A DNA stretch of 64,000 nt from Candidatus Micrarchaeota archaeon (GCA_021817565.1 JAKAUP010000007.1:152497-216496); one strand, 5' to 3'; positions 31,576-41,292 are shown, numbered from the stretch's first letter. A program made the numbers and translations. Notes: generated from the letters alone by a model not told the origin.

Positions 31576-33219
31576 TCACCTTCCTTTCTTTTCTTTCTCT
31601 TTCTCCTCTCTTTTCTGGACCTCCTTGCCTTTTTTCTGCTTCATCCTTTTCGTGTAAAACCTATAACCGAATACAACTACTGCTACAACTATTATAAGCT
31701 CAACTATGTCACCCAGGGAACCAGAGTTCTTTTTTGCAGTCGCGCTTACCGGTATGTAATACGGGCTGGATCCGGAATACTGTTGGTCAGAATTGCCATT
31801 CGGCTGCCTCCACTGCTCGTACACAGTTGCCGAGTACTCGCCAGCGGCGCCGTTCTGTGCAGTATTTATGTAGAAAGTCACATTTCTGGTCTGACCAGGG
31901 CTCATGTTGTCTATGTAATACGTGGAATCGGCAGGCGTTATCGGATATATGGTCTGCAACGTAAAGCTTATCTGTTCAGCATCCTCATTGCCTGTGTTCT
32001 TCACGGTAAATGTAATCGGCTGGTATGTACCTCCTACCGTTCCATTGCTCTTTACCGCCTCAATCTGGAACACAGATGTGGGGGCAACGTTTATCGGGAG
32101 CTCCAATGTGCTGTTGTATTTGTCCATGTAATTTGAGCTGTAGTAGCTTGTGTATATCGGGAAACTGGAGTTGGTAACCCCGCCGCTGTTCGCATCTACA
32201 GTGAAAACCTCGGTTGTCGTATTTCCCGGGCCCAGCGCTCCTATGAAGAAGCTTGTTGCAGAAGAGCTTGGGAAGAGGGAATTGCTCCCAATGAGGTGTA
32301 CGGTAACATTCTTTGCAATCCCAGTTCCTATGTTCTGCACCATCATCGTTATGCTCTGGTTTGAACCGGCATACAACTGCGTTGGATTCGCACTCAACAC
32401 GCTTACGGCTATACGCGGTCTGTTAAGCACAATACTCATCGGCACAGAAACCGCCTTTGTAATGTTCTGGTTAGTGCCTGTCTGGTATTTCAGTGTTAGG
32501 TTCACAAGGTTTGTGCCGCTTGTTATGTTCTGGAGCGCCTCAAGGCTTATCTGAGCGGATCCGCTCTCCCCTTCTCCTACGTTCCCAAAGATAACCCTGC
32601 CCTGTCCTACAGGGACGAAGCTGGAGTTGCTTATATATGCGGTTGTGTTGTATGCCATACCAGTCCCGTAGTTGACTAGGGAAAGCTCTGCATTAAAGGG
32701 CTGGCCTGGAACAACATTGGTCTCCGGGGCAATGTTTACTCCGATGTTCGGGTTTCCATACACATATATGAAGATGGGCATTATCGATGAACCGGCAACG
32801 TCCTCTCCGCTCTGCGAGGTCTGGTAAGTGGCGGTAACATTTATTACATACAGTCCCTGCGGCAAGGTTGACGGTACGTGAAGTTTGAAAACGAACGGGT
32901 TTATGAACCCATTGTACATTCCCTGCCCTATTGCCTGCGTCACATACGAGTAAGCGGGCGAGACATTTATTATGGGGTTGGACGATACCAACCCGAGATC
33001 AACATTGTCAAGCGATGACGTATAAGAATTGTAAAGATTGAATGACAAAGTCACATTCCCTCCCGAAACAACGGGCGTAGGGGATATCTTCAGGTTCATT
33101 ATGCTGAGCGCCCCGTTTGCATTGGAGGTTACTGCAGCACTTGCAATCCCTAAATACCCAAGCATGCTTACGGCAATCAACACCGCAAGAAACATATTTC
33201 CTATTTTTATACCACTCAT
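31576..33219 (-). CDS. S-layer-like (COG1361/CARDB repeat) surface protein
   Basis: Signal peptide, repeated N.GTG.A.N Ig-like units, C-terminal TM and charged tail. Confidence 0.8.
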   Translation of the reverse strand: MSGIKIGNMFLAVLIAVSMLGYLGIASAAVTSNANGALSIMNLKISPTPVVSGGNVTLSFNLYNSYTSSLDNVDLGLVSSNPIINVSPAYSYVTQAIGQGMYNGFINPFVFKLHVPSTLPQGLYVINVTATYQTSQSGEDVAGSSIMPIFIYVYGNPNIGVNIAPETNVVPGQPFNAELSLVNYGTGMAYNTTAYISNSSFVPVGQGRVIFGNVGEGESGSAQISLEALQNITSGTNLVNLTLKYQTGTNQNITKAVSVPMSIVLNRPRIAVSVLSANPTQLYAGSNQSITMMVQNIGTGIAKNVTVHLIGSNSLFPSSSATSFFIGALGPGNTTTEVFTVDANSGGVTNSSFPIYTSYYSSNYMDKYNSTLELPINVAPTSVFQIEAVKSNGTVGGTYQPITFTVKNTGNEDAEQISFTLQTIYPITPADSTYYIDNMSPGQTRNVTFYINTAQNGAAGEYSATVYEQWRQPNGNSDQQYSGSSPYYIPVSATAKKNSGSLGDIVELIIVVAVVVFGYRFYTKRMKQKKGKEVQKREEKEKEKKGR

Positions 33220-33228
33220 TTTTACACC

Positions 33229-34362
33229 TTAAATAGTCTTTTTGAAAGTTTTTATTGCAATAATGACAGCAATCACAGCAAAGGCAATCATTACTCCGAA
33301 GTCGGTAAGTATCGCATTTACAGGGAAGTAACCGTCAAGCATTACATACCTTATTCCATTTACCGCATATGTGAGCGGATCTATATTGCTTATCAGCTGC
33401 ATCCATGCCGGATCCGCCGAAGGAGGGAAAAAGGCACCGCTAAGGAACCAGAGGGGCAATACCAACGCATTTGCAATTATCGTATATACCTCGAATTTCT
33501 TTATCTTGTTGGCAAGTATGAGCGCGACGCCGCTCAGCCCGAGCGATATCAATACGATTATCGCGATTATCCAAGCCAATCCAGCAATCCCCATTGCAAT
33601 CTTCGCTCCCATGAGCGTGGCTATGATCAGCGCAACAGCCACATATATTACTGCTGCAGTAGTGCTGTAAAGCGTCTTCCCGAGTATTACGGCGGCTTTG
33701 CTTATTGGGGTAACAAGGAACATCTTAAGGTTTCCAAGCTGCCTATCCGTAATAAGCGATACTCCTCCGCCGAACACCGTTCCGAATGCTGCGACCATAG
33801 CCAACACCCCGCCAACAAGGAAGTCAAGATAGCTTATTGAGACTGCGGAGGTTGAGACCAGGGCTACCTGTGATGAAGGGGGGGATGGCTCGTCCAAGCC
33901 AAGCGCGGACGAACTTCCAACATGCGCATCAAACTCCGAAGCGATGCTTGTTATGTATGAGACGCTTTCCCCTATCGTATTAAGGTTGGAGTTGCTGTAA
34001 TAAACATAGACGCTGTCCTGCTGCGCCGATGATGGAAAGTTCGGCAAAATGACAATAAGTGCGCTTACAGTCCCTTTCTGGAGCATCTGCAGCCCGGTGC
34101 TTTCAGGCACCACGCCCTTCACTGTCAGCGAATTGTCCTTCCCGAGAGCATTTATGAAATTTATAGATTGCGGGTTGTTTGCCAGGTTTGTTACCGCTAC
34201 AGGGGAGTTGAAGGTTCCGTTTCCGATATTTCCGAAGAAGACGAGTATTACAAGCGGGAATATTATCGATCTCATCAGGTTTGACCTTGCATTCGCCTTG
34301 AAGATTATCATCTCTCTCTTGAATATGGTAAACATGTCCTGCAATGTGTTTTCCCCAAACAT
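33229..34362 (-). CDS. ABC-2 type transporter permease
   Basis: DRQLG..K.FLVTP, FLSGAFFP, PLTYAV. Confidence 0.9.
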   Translation of the reverse strand: MFGENTLQDMFTIFKREMIIFKANARSNLMRSIIFPLVILVFFGNIGNGTFNSPVAVTNLANNPQSINFINALGKDNSLTVKGVVPESTGLQMLQKGTVSALIVILPNFPSSAQQDSVYVYYSNSNLNTIGESVSYITSIASEFDAHVGSSSALGLDEPSPPSSQVALVSTSAVSISYLDFLVGGVLAMVAAFGTVFGGGVSLITDRQLGNLKMFLVTPISKAAVILGKTLYSTTAAVIYVAVALIIATLMGAKIAMGIAGLAWIIAIIVLISLGLSGVALILANKIKKFEVYTIIANALVLPLWFLSGAFFPPSADPAWMQLISNIDPLTYAVNGIRYVMLDGYFPVNAILTDFGVMIAFAVIAVIIAIKTFKKTI

Positions 34363-35340
34363 CTATCTCATCCTCATGCTCTTCGCATTATCTCCAAGCG
34401 AGTCCCTGAGCGTTGCGCCAGTAAGCTTTATGAATACATCATCAAGCGTAGGCAGATGAAGTCCTATCGAGTTAACCGGTATCTTCTCCTTGTCCAGTTC
34501 GGCTGCAATTTTGGACAAGGTCGCAGAGGCATTTTTCTCTATTACGCATGTGATCTTGTCGGAAGCGTTCTCGCTATCAAGCTTAAACTTCGACTTAAGC
34601 ATCTTCTGTATCTTTTCAACATACTCGATTCTTGCCGAAATTTCGAGTACATCGCCGCTGCCTACAAGCCGCTTAAGCTCTGCGGGCGTGCCTTGCGCTA
34701 TTATCTTTCCATGGTCTATGATTGATATCCTGTCGCAGAGCGCATCCGCCTCCTCCAGGTATTGAGTGGTGAGTATTACGGTCAACCCATTTTTGTTCAA
34801 GTCCTTTATCCTCTTCCACATAGATACCCTGTTTTGCACATCAAGGCCGGTTGTTGGCTCGTCCAGTATGAGTATCCGCGGATTGTGCATCATCGACCTG
34901 ACAAGGTTCAACCTGCGCTGCATTCCCCCAGAGAACGTTCCGGCCTTCACGTCCCTGAACTTCTGGAGGTCGGCCTCGTCGAGTGCCTCGTCAATTTCGC
35001 GATCAAGCTCATCTCCACCTATGTGATACAGCCGACCGGTTATCTCCAGGTTCTCCCTAGCTGTAAGATCCTGATCCACGACCGTTTCCTGTGTCATAAA
35101 CCCGATGAGCATCTTTATCCTGTCTATATCATGTCTGGTATCGAGTCCGTTTATCACTATCTTTCCAGAGTTCTGCGTTATCAGTCCAAGTATAGCATTG
35201 ATGGTTGTGGTCTTGCCTGCCCCGTTCGGTCCGAGTATCCCATAAATCTCCCCATTGTTTATGGACATGTTGATTCCATCTACCGCCACGAAGTCGCCGA
35301 AACGTATTACAACCTTATCGAGCTTGATCATTTCGCTCAT
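34363..35340 (-). CDS. ABC transporter ATP-binding protein (DrrA-like)
   Basis: GPNGAGKTT, FSGGM, LDEPTTGLD. Confidence 0.95.
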   Translation of the reverse strand: MSEMIKLDKVVIRFGDFVAVDGINMSINNGEIYGILGPNGAGKTTTINAILGLITQNSGKIVINGLDTRHDIDRIKMLIGFMTQETVVDQDLTARENLEITGRLYHIGGDELDREIDEALDEADLQKFRDVKAGTFSGGMQRRLNLVRSMMHNPRILILDEPTTGLDVQNRVSMWKRIKDLNKNGLTVILTTQYLEEADALCDRISIIDHGKIIAQGTPAELKRLVGSGDVLEISARIEYVEKIQKMLKSKFKLDSENASDKITCVIEKNASATLSKIAAELDKEKIPVNSIGLHLPTLDDVFIKLTGATLRDSLGDNAKSMRMR

Positions 35341-35684
35341 TGTCTCTCCAATATGCTCTTGAGGTTTCTGAAAATAGGTATAAGGACAGTATCAGCATCC
35401 TTCAAAGCTTCACGCCCCTTTCTGGTTATGGCGTAGTATTTTCTTCTGTTCTTGCTCTCCATGCTCCTTACCATCCCATCCCCTTCCAAGGAAGCTATGA
35501 TGTTGTACACCGTGCTCTTCATGTTCCGCTCGCATCCCACTTTCTCCGAGAGTGGGATTCGCCCCATGTATTTCAGTATGCCGTATGAATATTCCTTATT
35601 CTTGGCAAGGGCTTTCAGTATTATAAGCTTCATTATTATGTGCCTGAACTCCTCTCTCATCCTAGGCGGTTTGGATACCTTCAA
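35337..35684 (-). CDS. PadR family transcriptional regulator
   Basis: YSYGI, VY..I.SLE.DG, RKYYAIT.KG; heads the ABC operon. Confidence 0.88.
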   Translation of the reverse strand: MKVSKPPRMREEFRHIIMKLIILKALAKNKEYSYGILKYMGRIPLSEKVGCERNMKSTVYNIIASLEGDGMVRSMESKNRRKYYAITRKGREALKDADTVLIPIFRNLKSILERQ

Positions 35685-35754
35685 CTAAACACGGAATAGT
35701 TTAATTTAAAACTAGTTTAATATTAAACCAAAATGTTTATAACGGTATACTGTT

Positions 35755-37230
35755 TTAGAGCACACCATTCTCGGAAGTGAAGAGGAAAAGGCCTTCATGC
35801 TTTCTTGTTATCTCACTGGGCCTTACCCCATATATCGCCTTTATCCCGTTTCTGTCAGCAATGTCAGTAAGCCGCTGAGTCACTATGCCGTCAAACACAA
35901 TCGCATATGCGCCCTTGGCTTCATCTATCGCATGTATCAGTTCCCTTATGGGCACCTCAGATATCACAGTCCCATCCTTTGAGTATATCCTGCCCCTTAG
36001 CGTATTCTTGAGCTCGTCTAGCCCCTCCATGTAAAGTTTGTCGTGTGCTGGCGCATCGCCAATAGAAGCATGCGCATCGGAACTTCCGAAATCCACACTT
36101 TCCACCTCTTCCTTGATCTCAACGCGGCGTGCCCCGCTAGAAAACTGCTCTGTGGGCTGTTCAGCATTAGGCTTCCCCCTAAGGTTCTCGACAATCTTCG
36201 AAGGGCTGGATATCTCAGGTTCGTCCCGCGGTCTCCCCTTGTACATACTTCTTTCCTCTTCCCTCTTCTCCTCGTTTCCAGGTTCCCCTGTAAGTTCCCT
36301 GTCGCGCACCCTTTCCTTCTGGTCCTCATAGTCCCTGAAATGGTTTCTCCCGTTTCTTGAGGGTCGCGAATAAGCGTCATCTCTCCTGGACTTAGAGGCG
36401 GCGAGCGCCTGATCTGCAGGCACTCTGAAGCGCATCGACCTTATAATCTCCTTGCGCGTGAGCTCCTCGACCTCTTTACCATCCGGTGCCCTACACACAA
36501 AGTCGACCTCGGCGTTCATCGCCATCAATCCATTCAGTATTATGTCCCCTCCCCGGTCGCCGTCAAGGAATACGGTCACGTCCTTCTGTTTGCACAACTC
36601 TATTATGCTCCTCGGTACATGTCCTGAGGCTCCACCAATCGCTATGCAGTTGGTTATGTCGTTCCTCAGCAGGTTTATAACATCAGCCCTGCCCTCCACA
36701 AGTATTACCTCATCGTTCTTTGCGATGTCAGGCCCTGCCGGGAGTTTATCTTCGCCGTACGTGCCTACGATGCTCGACTTTACCTCTGCCTCGACTATCT
36801 CGCTTATCTCCTTGCTGTCAGGTATGGTTGTATTCAGCATCTTTTTTACGAGCTCCTTTGCCCTATTTATCACTCTATTCCTTTTCTCGTTTCTGGTGTC
36901 ATCTATCTTGATCACGCTGAAAGAAGTGTCAAAAGGTCCAACCCTGTCAACCGCCTCTATCGCGGCCGCAAGTATGCATGTTTCCACCCTTCCCAACGAG
37001 GAGGGGAGCACAAGCGTTCCTGCTGTCTTGTTCTTTCCGCTGGAAACCTCAATCTCTATCCTTCCTATCTTTCCGTTCTTCTGCAGCTCCCTAAGGTCCA
37101 GGTCTGCTCCAAGCAGCCCCTCGGTCTGTCCGAAAACTGCGCCTATTATATCCGGCTTTTCAACGACTCCGGATATCTCAAATTTAGCCTCTACCATATA
37201 CTTAACTATGTCAATGTATGTCTTTGCCAT
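35755..37230 (-). CDS. dnaG: Archaeal DnaG (TOPRIM, exosome-associated)
   Basis: VEKPDIIGAVFGQTEGLLG, VEGRADV, DGDRGG, FDGIVTQRL. Confidence 0.95.
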   Translation of the reverse strand: MAKTYIDIVKYMVEAKFEISGVVEKPDIIGAVFGQTEGLLGADLDLRELQKNGKIGRIEIEVSSGKNKTAGTLVLPSSLGRVETCILAAAIEAVDRVGPFDTSFSVIKIDDTRNEKRNRVINRAKELVKKMLNTTIPDSKEISEIVEAEVKSSIVGTYGEDKLPAGPDIAKNDEVILVEGRADVINLLRNDITNCIAIGGASGHVPRSIIELCKQKDVTVFLDGDRGGDIILNGLMAMNAEVDFVCRAPDGKEVEELTRKEIIRSMRFRVPADQALAASKSRRDDAYSRPSRNGRNHFRDYEDQKERVRDRELTGEPGNEEKREEERSMYKGRPRDEPEISSPSKIVENLRGKPNAEQPTEQFSSGARRVEIKEEVESVDFGSSDAHASIGDAPAHDKLYMEGLDELKNTLRGRIYSKDGTVISEVPIRELIHAIDEAKGAYAIVFDGIVTQRLTDIADRNGIKAIYGVRPSEITRKHEGLFLFTSENGVL

Positions 37231-37315
37231 TTATTCACCTAATTGGGGTAACCCCTAAGGAATAGTAACCTAAGGCATCTTACGGATGCACGGCTATCGC
37301 TGGTGAATACGCCGA
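37231..37315 (-). promoter_or_regulatory. Structured dnaG 5' leader with anti-Shine-Dalgarno
   Basis: Leader TATTCACC (37302-37309) is complementary to SD region GGTGAATA (37232-37239); several short hairpins in between. Confidence 0.45.
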
Positions 37316-37441
37316 AAACACAAACACTCGCAAACTCTTAATGCGTAACATATTAACACGATAACTATCTTAACTTACTATTCTCTCCGTGTATCTTTAC
37401 TAGAATAAATATAAAAGAGTTTTCTTTATCCGGAATACGCC

Positions 37442-37828
37442 CTATACCATAACTATGGAATCAAAACGTCTGTTTATCTCCCTCGCCTTCCTCATTGTGA
37501 CCGTATAGCTCATCTCGTTCTGCTCCAGTTCGGAAAGCTTTAGGAAGAACCACCCCTCGCGCTTTACCCTCCACGCAATAAATGTCTCCATTGCGGTATT
37601 TCTCTCCCACTCCAGGAGCAAGGCAAACTTATCAACATCGATGCTCAGGCTTGTGCGGTCCCATGTCTTGCACTCAAACGCAAAGCCCTTTCCATTCTTG
37701 TAGGATATTATATCTGGACTTACAGAATTAACGCCAGATCCAGCTGAACGCATAACGCTGTATCCGCTATTCATAAACATTCCGATAAGCTCTCTCTCCC
37801 CTCTTGCGCCCTTGACATACCTGTTCAA
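37442..37828 (-). CDS. hjc: Holliday junction resolvase Hjc
   Basis: KGARGEREL, RSAGSG, PDII, FECK; AGGTGA SD before TTG at 37828. Confidence 0.92.
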   Translation of the reverse strand: MNRYVKGARGERELIGMFMNSGYSVMRSAGSGVNSVSPDIISYKNGKGFAFECKTWDRTSLSIDVDKFALLLEWERNTAMETFIAWRVKREGWFFLKLSELEQNEMSYTVTMRKAREINRRFDSIVMV

Positions 37829-37872
37829 CCGATCACCTTCTAATAATGCGAAGGAAAGGATAAATAGAGATC

Positions 37873-39423
37873 TCATAGTCTGGACTGCCTGTTCTCCTCG
37901 ATGGAGCCTGGTCCGGAAAGCCTGCGCTTCATCTCGTCCAATATCTCCATCATCCTCTTTTCCCTTATCTTAGACACCATAAGATAAGTCTCGTCTTTTG
38001 TGTTCCGGGTAACGAGCACAGCCACATCGCCAAACCTGATTCTTCCTGCCCTGCCCTTTCTTTGTATGTTCCTTATCGCGCTGGGCACAGGCTCATAGAA
38101 TATAACTGCGTCAACAACAGGTATATCAAGTCCCTCCTCGCCAATCGAGGTAGATACAAGCACCTGAAATTTGCCGTTTCGGAAATCGGAGATGGTCGCG
38201 CTCTGTTGCGCGATTGTCACCCCATCCTTCTTGCCTATGAAAGCCTCAGCGCTTATCCCATTTTTCTTGAGCAGCTCGGTTATCCTCTTTATGGTTGACC
38301 TGTACTGCGCGAATATTATGGTGCGCTTCCCTCTGAAGTCCCCGTTTAAGATATCAACCAGCTTGTACATCTTCGGGTGCTCGTTTCCTGCATCGATCTC
38401 TTCCTTAACCTCATCGACGCATCCGGATATCACCTCATTGTTAAGTATGCCTGTAACGCCCTTGCTCTTCTTCTCTCGCATATCCAAGCCATGCATGTAG
38501 CTCCAAAACGGGAAGAGCCCTTCTGTTGTAAGCAGGTCAAGCGCATGGGAAAGATTGAGTATGTATACGTAGTTGAACACCGCCCCGTACTTGTAATTTG
38601 TGGCCTGTATCTTGTCGATGGTTCTCCCCATCTCTATGAGTTTTCCCTTCGGGAGTCCATCAAGGTTTCTGAAAGGGCTTACGCCCATCTGATAAAGCTT
38701 GAGCAGGTGCTTCTCTATGTCGGGTTTTATCAAACGTTCGATCCTGGCTATGAGTTCCCCTTTTTCGACGTATATAATGCGCATCCGCCTCCCTTTGACG
38801 TATGGCGCAACGTCCGTATCGGCCTGGGTTCTCGCCTCTATCGCGCGTATTCCGAGTATATCAACCAGCTGCTTTATCCTCTTCCTGTCGCTGCCGGGCG
38901 ACGCGGTAAGCCCAATAATCTGTATGCCTCTCAGTTTGCACTCCTCCGCTATGTACGTATACGCATACTTCCCAATTGACCTGTGGCATTCGTCGAAGAT
39001 GAGCAGCGAGACGCCGTCAAGCGAGGCATTTCCGGATTTGAGGTCATTTGCCATTGTCTGCGGCGTACCAACCACAATCCGCGATCGTTCCCACATGCCC
39101 TTCCGCTTTGAGGACCTCACACCTCCAGTAAGCAACGATATGGAGTCCTTGTCAACATCAAGCATTGAGGAGATGGATGAAAAATGCTGTTCGCTGAGCG
39201 GTTTTGTGGGTGCAAGGAAAACCGCCCGTTTCTCCATGAACAGAGAACGCGCTATCGCAAATACTGCTATCAGCGTCTTGCCTAGTCCGGTTGGCAGCAC
39301 CACAAGCGTATTCCTTCCAGTAGATATGGTGCGTATTATGTTTGCCTGATAGTCCCTTACCTCCAGGCTACCTGTCCTTACGAGTCTGGCGTAATCGCCA
39401 ATCTCGTCCCAGCTGCGCAGCAT
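37873..39423 (-). CDS. hef: Hef/FANCM-like SF2 helicase without nuclease domain
   Basis: RDYQ, LPTGLGKT, DECH, LTASPG, EEGLDIP, YEPVPS, QRKGRAGR; 516 aa. Confidence 0.88.
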   Translation of the reverse strand: MLRSWDEIGDYARLVRTGSLEVRDYQANIIRTISTGRNTLVVLPTGLGKTLIAVFAIARSLFMEKRAVFLAPTKPLSEQHFSSISSMLDVDKDSISLLTGGVRSSKRKGMWERSRIVVGTPQTMANDLKSGNASLDGVSLLIFDECHRSIGKYAYTYIAEECKLRGIQIIGLTASPGSDRKRIKQLVDILGIRAIEARTQADTDVAPYVKGRRMRIIYVEKGELIARIERLIKPDIEKHLLKLYQMGVSPFRNLDGLPKGKLIEMGRTIDKIQATNYKYGAVFNYVYILNLSHALDLLTTEGLFPFWSYMHGLDMREKKSKGVTGILNNEVISGCVDEVKEEIDAGNEHPKMYKLVDILNGDFRGKRTIIFAQYRSTIKRITELLKKNGISAEAFIGKKDGVTIAQQSATISDFRNGKFQVLVSTSIGEEGLDIPVVDAVIFYEPVPSAIRNIQRKGRAGRIRFGDVAVLVTRNTKDETYLMVSKIREKRMMEILDEMKRRLSGPGSIEENRQSRL

Positions 39424-39485
39424 GAAATCTTTATAAAACCTCTCCTAAAGTATAAAAAGGGCACCAACAATCATTTAATCAAAGT

Positions 39486-39569
39486 GCCGCAATAGCTCAG
39501 TGGGAGAGCGTCCGGCTGAAGATAACATCAGAAACCGGAATGTCGCAGGTTCAAATCCTGCTTGCGGCA
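39486..39569 (+). tRNA. tRNA-Phe(GAA) with 12-nt intron at 37/38 (39522-39533)
   Basis: Acceptor GCCGCAA/TTGCGGC, D arm GCTC/GAGC, anticodon stem TCCGG/CCGGA, GAA at 39518-39520, BHB helix CTGA/TCAG, T loop TTCAAAT. Confidence 0.95.
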
Positions 39570-39789
39570 TCTCACTTCGTGTTAAACAACTCTGTAGCCC
39601 AGAGCCCCAGAGATGAGGCAGGGAACTTACTTTTTCGATACGGTGCAGCAATAACGAAGTAATAAAAAACCTCATTTAGAATACTAAATGATGCGGATAG
39701 GAATGGACTGGGATGTGGTAATATATGGGAGCCGAGCTGGAATACATGACGCACCCAAGAATGCATAGCTACTGAACTGTGGTGGGTTT

Positions 39790-40266
39790 ATGGCTGAGAA
39801 CAACGAGATCCAGAAAAAGCGCGACACGATGTCGGAATCGGTAAGCAATACCTCGCGTGTCATACTTACCAGGGTTTCTGAGATATCCTTGCGTATACTT
39901 ACCAGCGAATTGGAAGAGATTATAGAGTGCAAGGAGGTGAAGGACAATCTTCCAAACGGGATTATGCTCTATATATACACCTCAGCTTTCCTGAGCTTTG
40001 CCGGCAGAAGCATAAATAAGGAAAACATATCCAACGTGCTGAAGAGCATGGGCATCACGCCCAACGAGCAGATGATAGATGTGCTCATGAGAAACAAGAT
40101 AAGGAGCCATCTCATCTACGTGTACGCCACATACCTGCTGCTTGCAGCAGGTATACTTCCAGAAAAGGAGAAGGTCAAAAAGGTCGTAGAGAGCATAGGG
40201 GAGAATGCAGACGATAAGGCGGCAGCCGAGGCAAAATATCTCATCGAGACCATACAGAACATCTAA
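39790..40266 (+). CDS. Protein with two tandem ribosomal stalk P1 (aP1/L12p) N-terminal-like domains
   Basis: MLYIYTSAFLSFAGRSINKENISNVLKSMG and LIYVYATYLLLAAGILPEKEKVKKVVESIG both match the aP1 pattern Y.YA.LLL...G..I..E.I..VL...G. Confidence 0.7.
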   Translation: MAENNEIQKKRDTMSESVSNTSRVILTRVSEISLRILTSELEEIIECKEVKDNLPNGIMLYIYTSAFLSFAGRSINKENISNVLKSMGITPNEQMIDVLMRNKIRSHLIYVYATYLLLAAGILPEKEKVKKVVESIGENADDKAAAEAKYLIETIQNI

Positions 40267-40270
40267 AACA

Positions 40271-41284
40271 CTACTTCTCAAAATGAAGCAATCTGTTATC
40301 GGCCGCATTTCTGTCTATGGAGAGCAGCGCGACCTTGCTGTTCGTATCGTAATCAGTGAAATGGTATCCGGACAGCATCGCGACCTTCTCCGCAAACTCC
40401 ATTATTTCATCCTTGGCCGGCATCTGCCCGTAAGAGAGATTTCTGGCGGGGTTGCGCGCCCCTCCCACATACACAAAGCCCTTGAGCTCTACATAATGGG
40501 GCTTCCCCCTTTTTATCAGCTGTGCATATCCTTCCGGGTCAGTGAAGTTAAGGCCTCTTATCAGGGTAAGCCTGAAAACCCTGCGCGTTTCCATGGTGGA
40601 GAACACATCGAGGAACCTGTTGTATCCATCCCATGATGCATTCAGCGATTTGGGCCTTGTTATCTTATCGTAAAGCTCTTTGTTGGGTGCCTGGACCGAG
40701 ACGTACAGTTGCGTCGGCATAACTGTCAGTCTTTTTAACGCGTTTAGCATTGTTCCGTTAGTTACGAGGAAGGTGCTTATGCCTCTTTTATGGAACTCCA
40801 TCAAAAGCTCATTCATCTTGGGATAAAAGAGCGGTTCTCCGGTAAGGCTCAGCGCGACATGCGCAGGCTCGTTCGATTCTTCCCAGCGCTTCATGTCAAC
40901 ATGTTTGTTGCCTTTGTAGCCGCTAACTATGTTCCTGTGCTGTTGAATCAGCCCATCTACTATTTCTGCCGGCTCATCCCAACCGCCAGCATTGAGTTCA
41001 TTCCACTTATAACCCTCCTCCTCAGGTATTATCCTCCAGCAGAACGAACATGAGAGGTTGCAGCCTATCGCAGGCGTTGACTGTATGCATCTCCAACTCT
41101 GTATCCCATAAAAAGTGTTCTTGTAGCAGGCATTACCGCCAGTCATGCTACTCTTCGTATATCCGCATATCTTAGTTGCAGAGTGCCTTCCGACGAAGTG
41201 GTATCCCTGCTTCGCCATCTTAGATGCTAGCCCTTCGGGTATGTGCGGCCTCTTCTGCCCTATCTCTACAGATTCAGATTCCGT
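40271..41284 (-). CDS. taw1: Radical SAM 4-demethylwyosine synthase Taw1 (start probably upstream of the called ATG at 41218)
   Basis: HSATKIC, CYK..FYGI.S.RC, CNLSCSFCWR (CxxxCxxC), SLTGEP, YVELKG. Confidence 0.93.
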   Translation of the reverse strand, partial: TESESVEIGQKRPHIPEGLASKMAKQGYHFVGRHSATKICGYTKSSMTGGNACYKNTFYGIQSWRCIQSTPAIGCNLSCSFCWRIIPEEEGYKWNELNAGGWDEPAEIVDGLIQQHRNIVSGYKGNKHVDMKRWEESNEPAHVALSLTGEPLFYPKMNELLMEFHKRGISTFLVTNGTMLNALKRLTVMPTQLYVSVQAPNKELYDKITRPKSLNASWDGYNRFLDVFSTMETRRVFRLTLIRGLNFTDPEGYAQLIKRGKPHYVELKGFVYVGGARNPARNLSYGQMPAKDEIMEFAEKVAMLSGYHFTDYDTNSKVALLSIDRNAADNRLLHFEK

Positions 41285-41292
41285 GAAAACAC

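Noticed and set aside
39686..39776. Possible C/D box sRNA (ATGATG...CTGA) after tRNA-Phe
   Set aside because: Imperfect C box, too long, and no clear D'/C' boxes.
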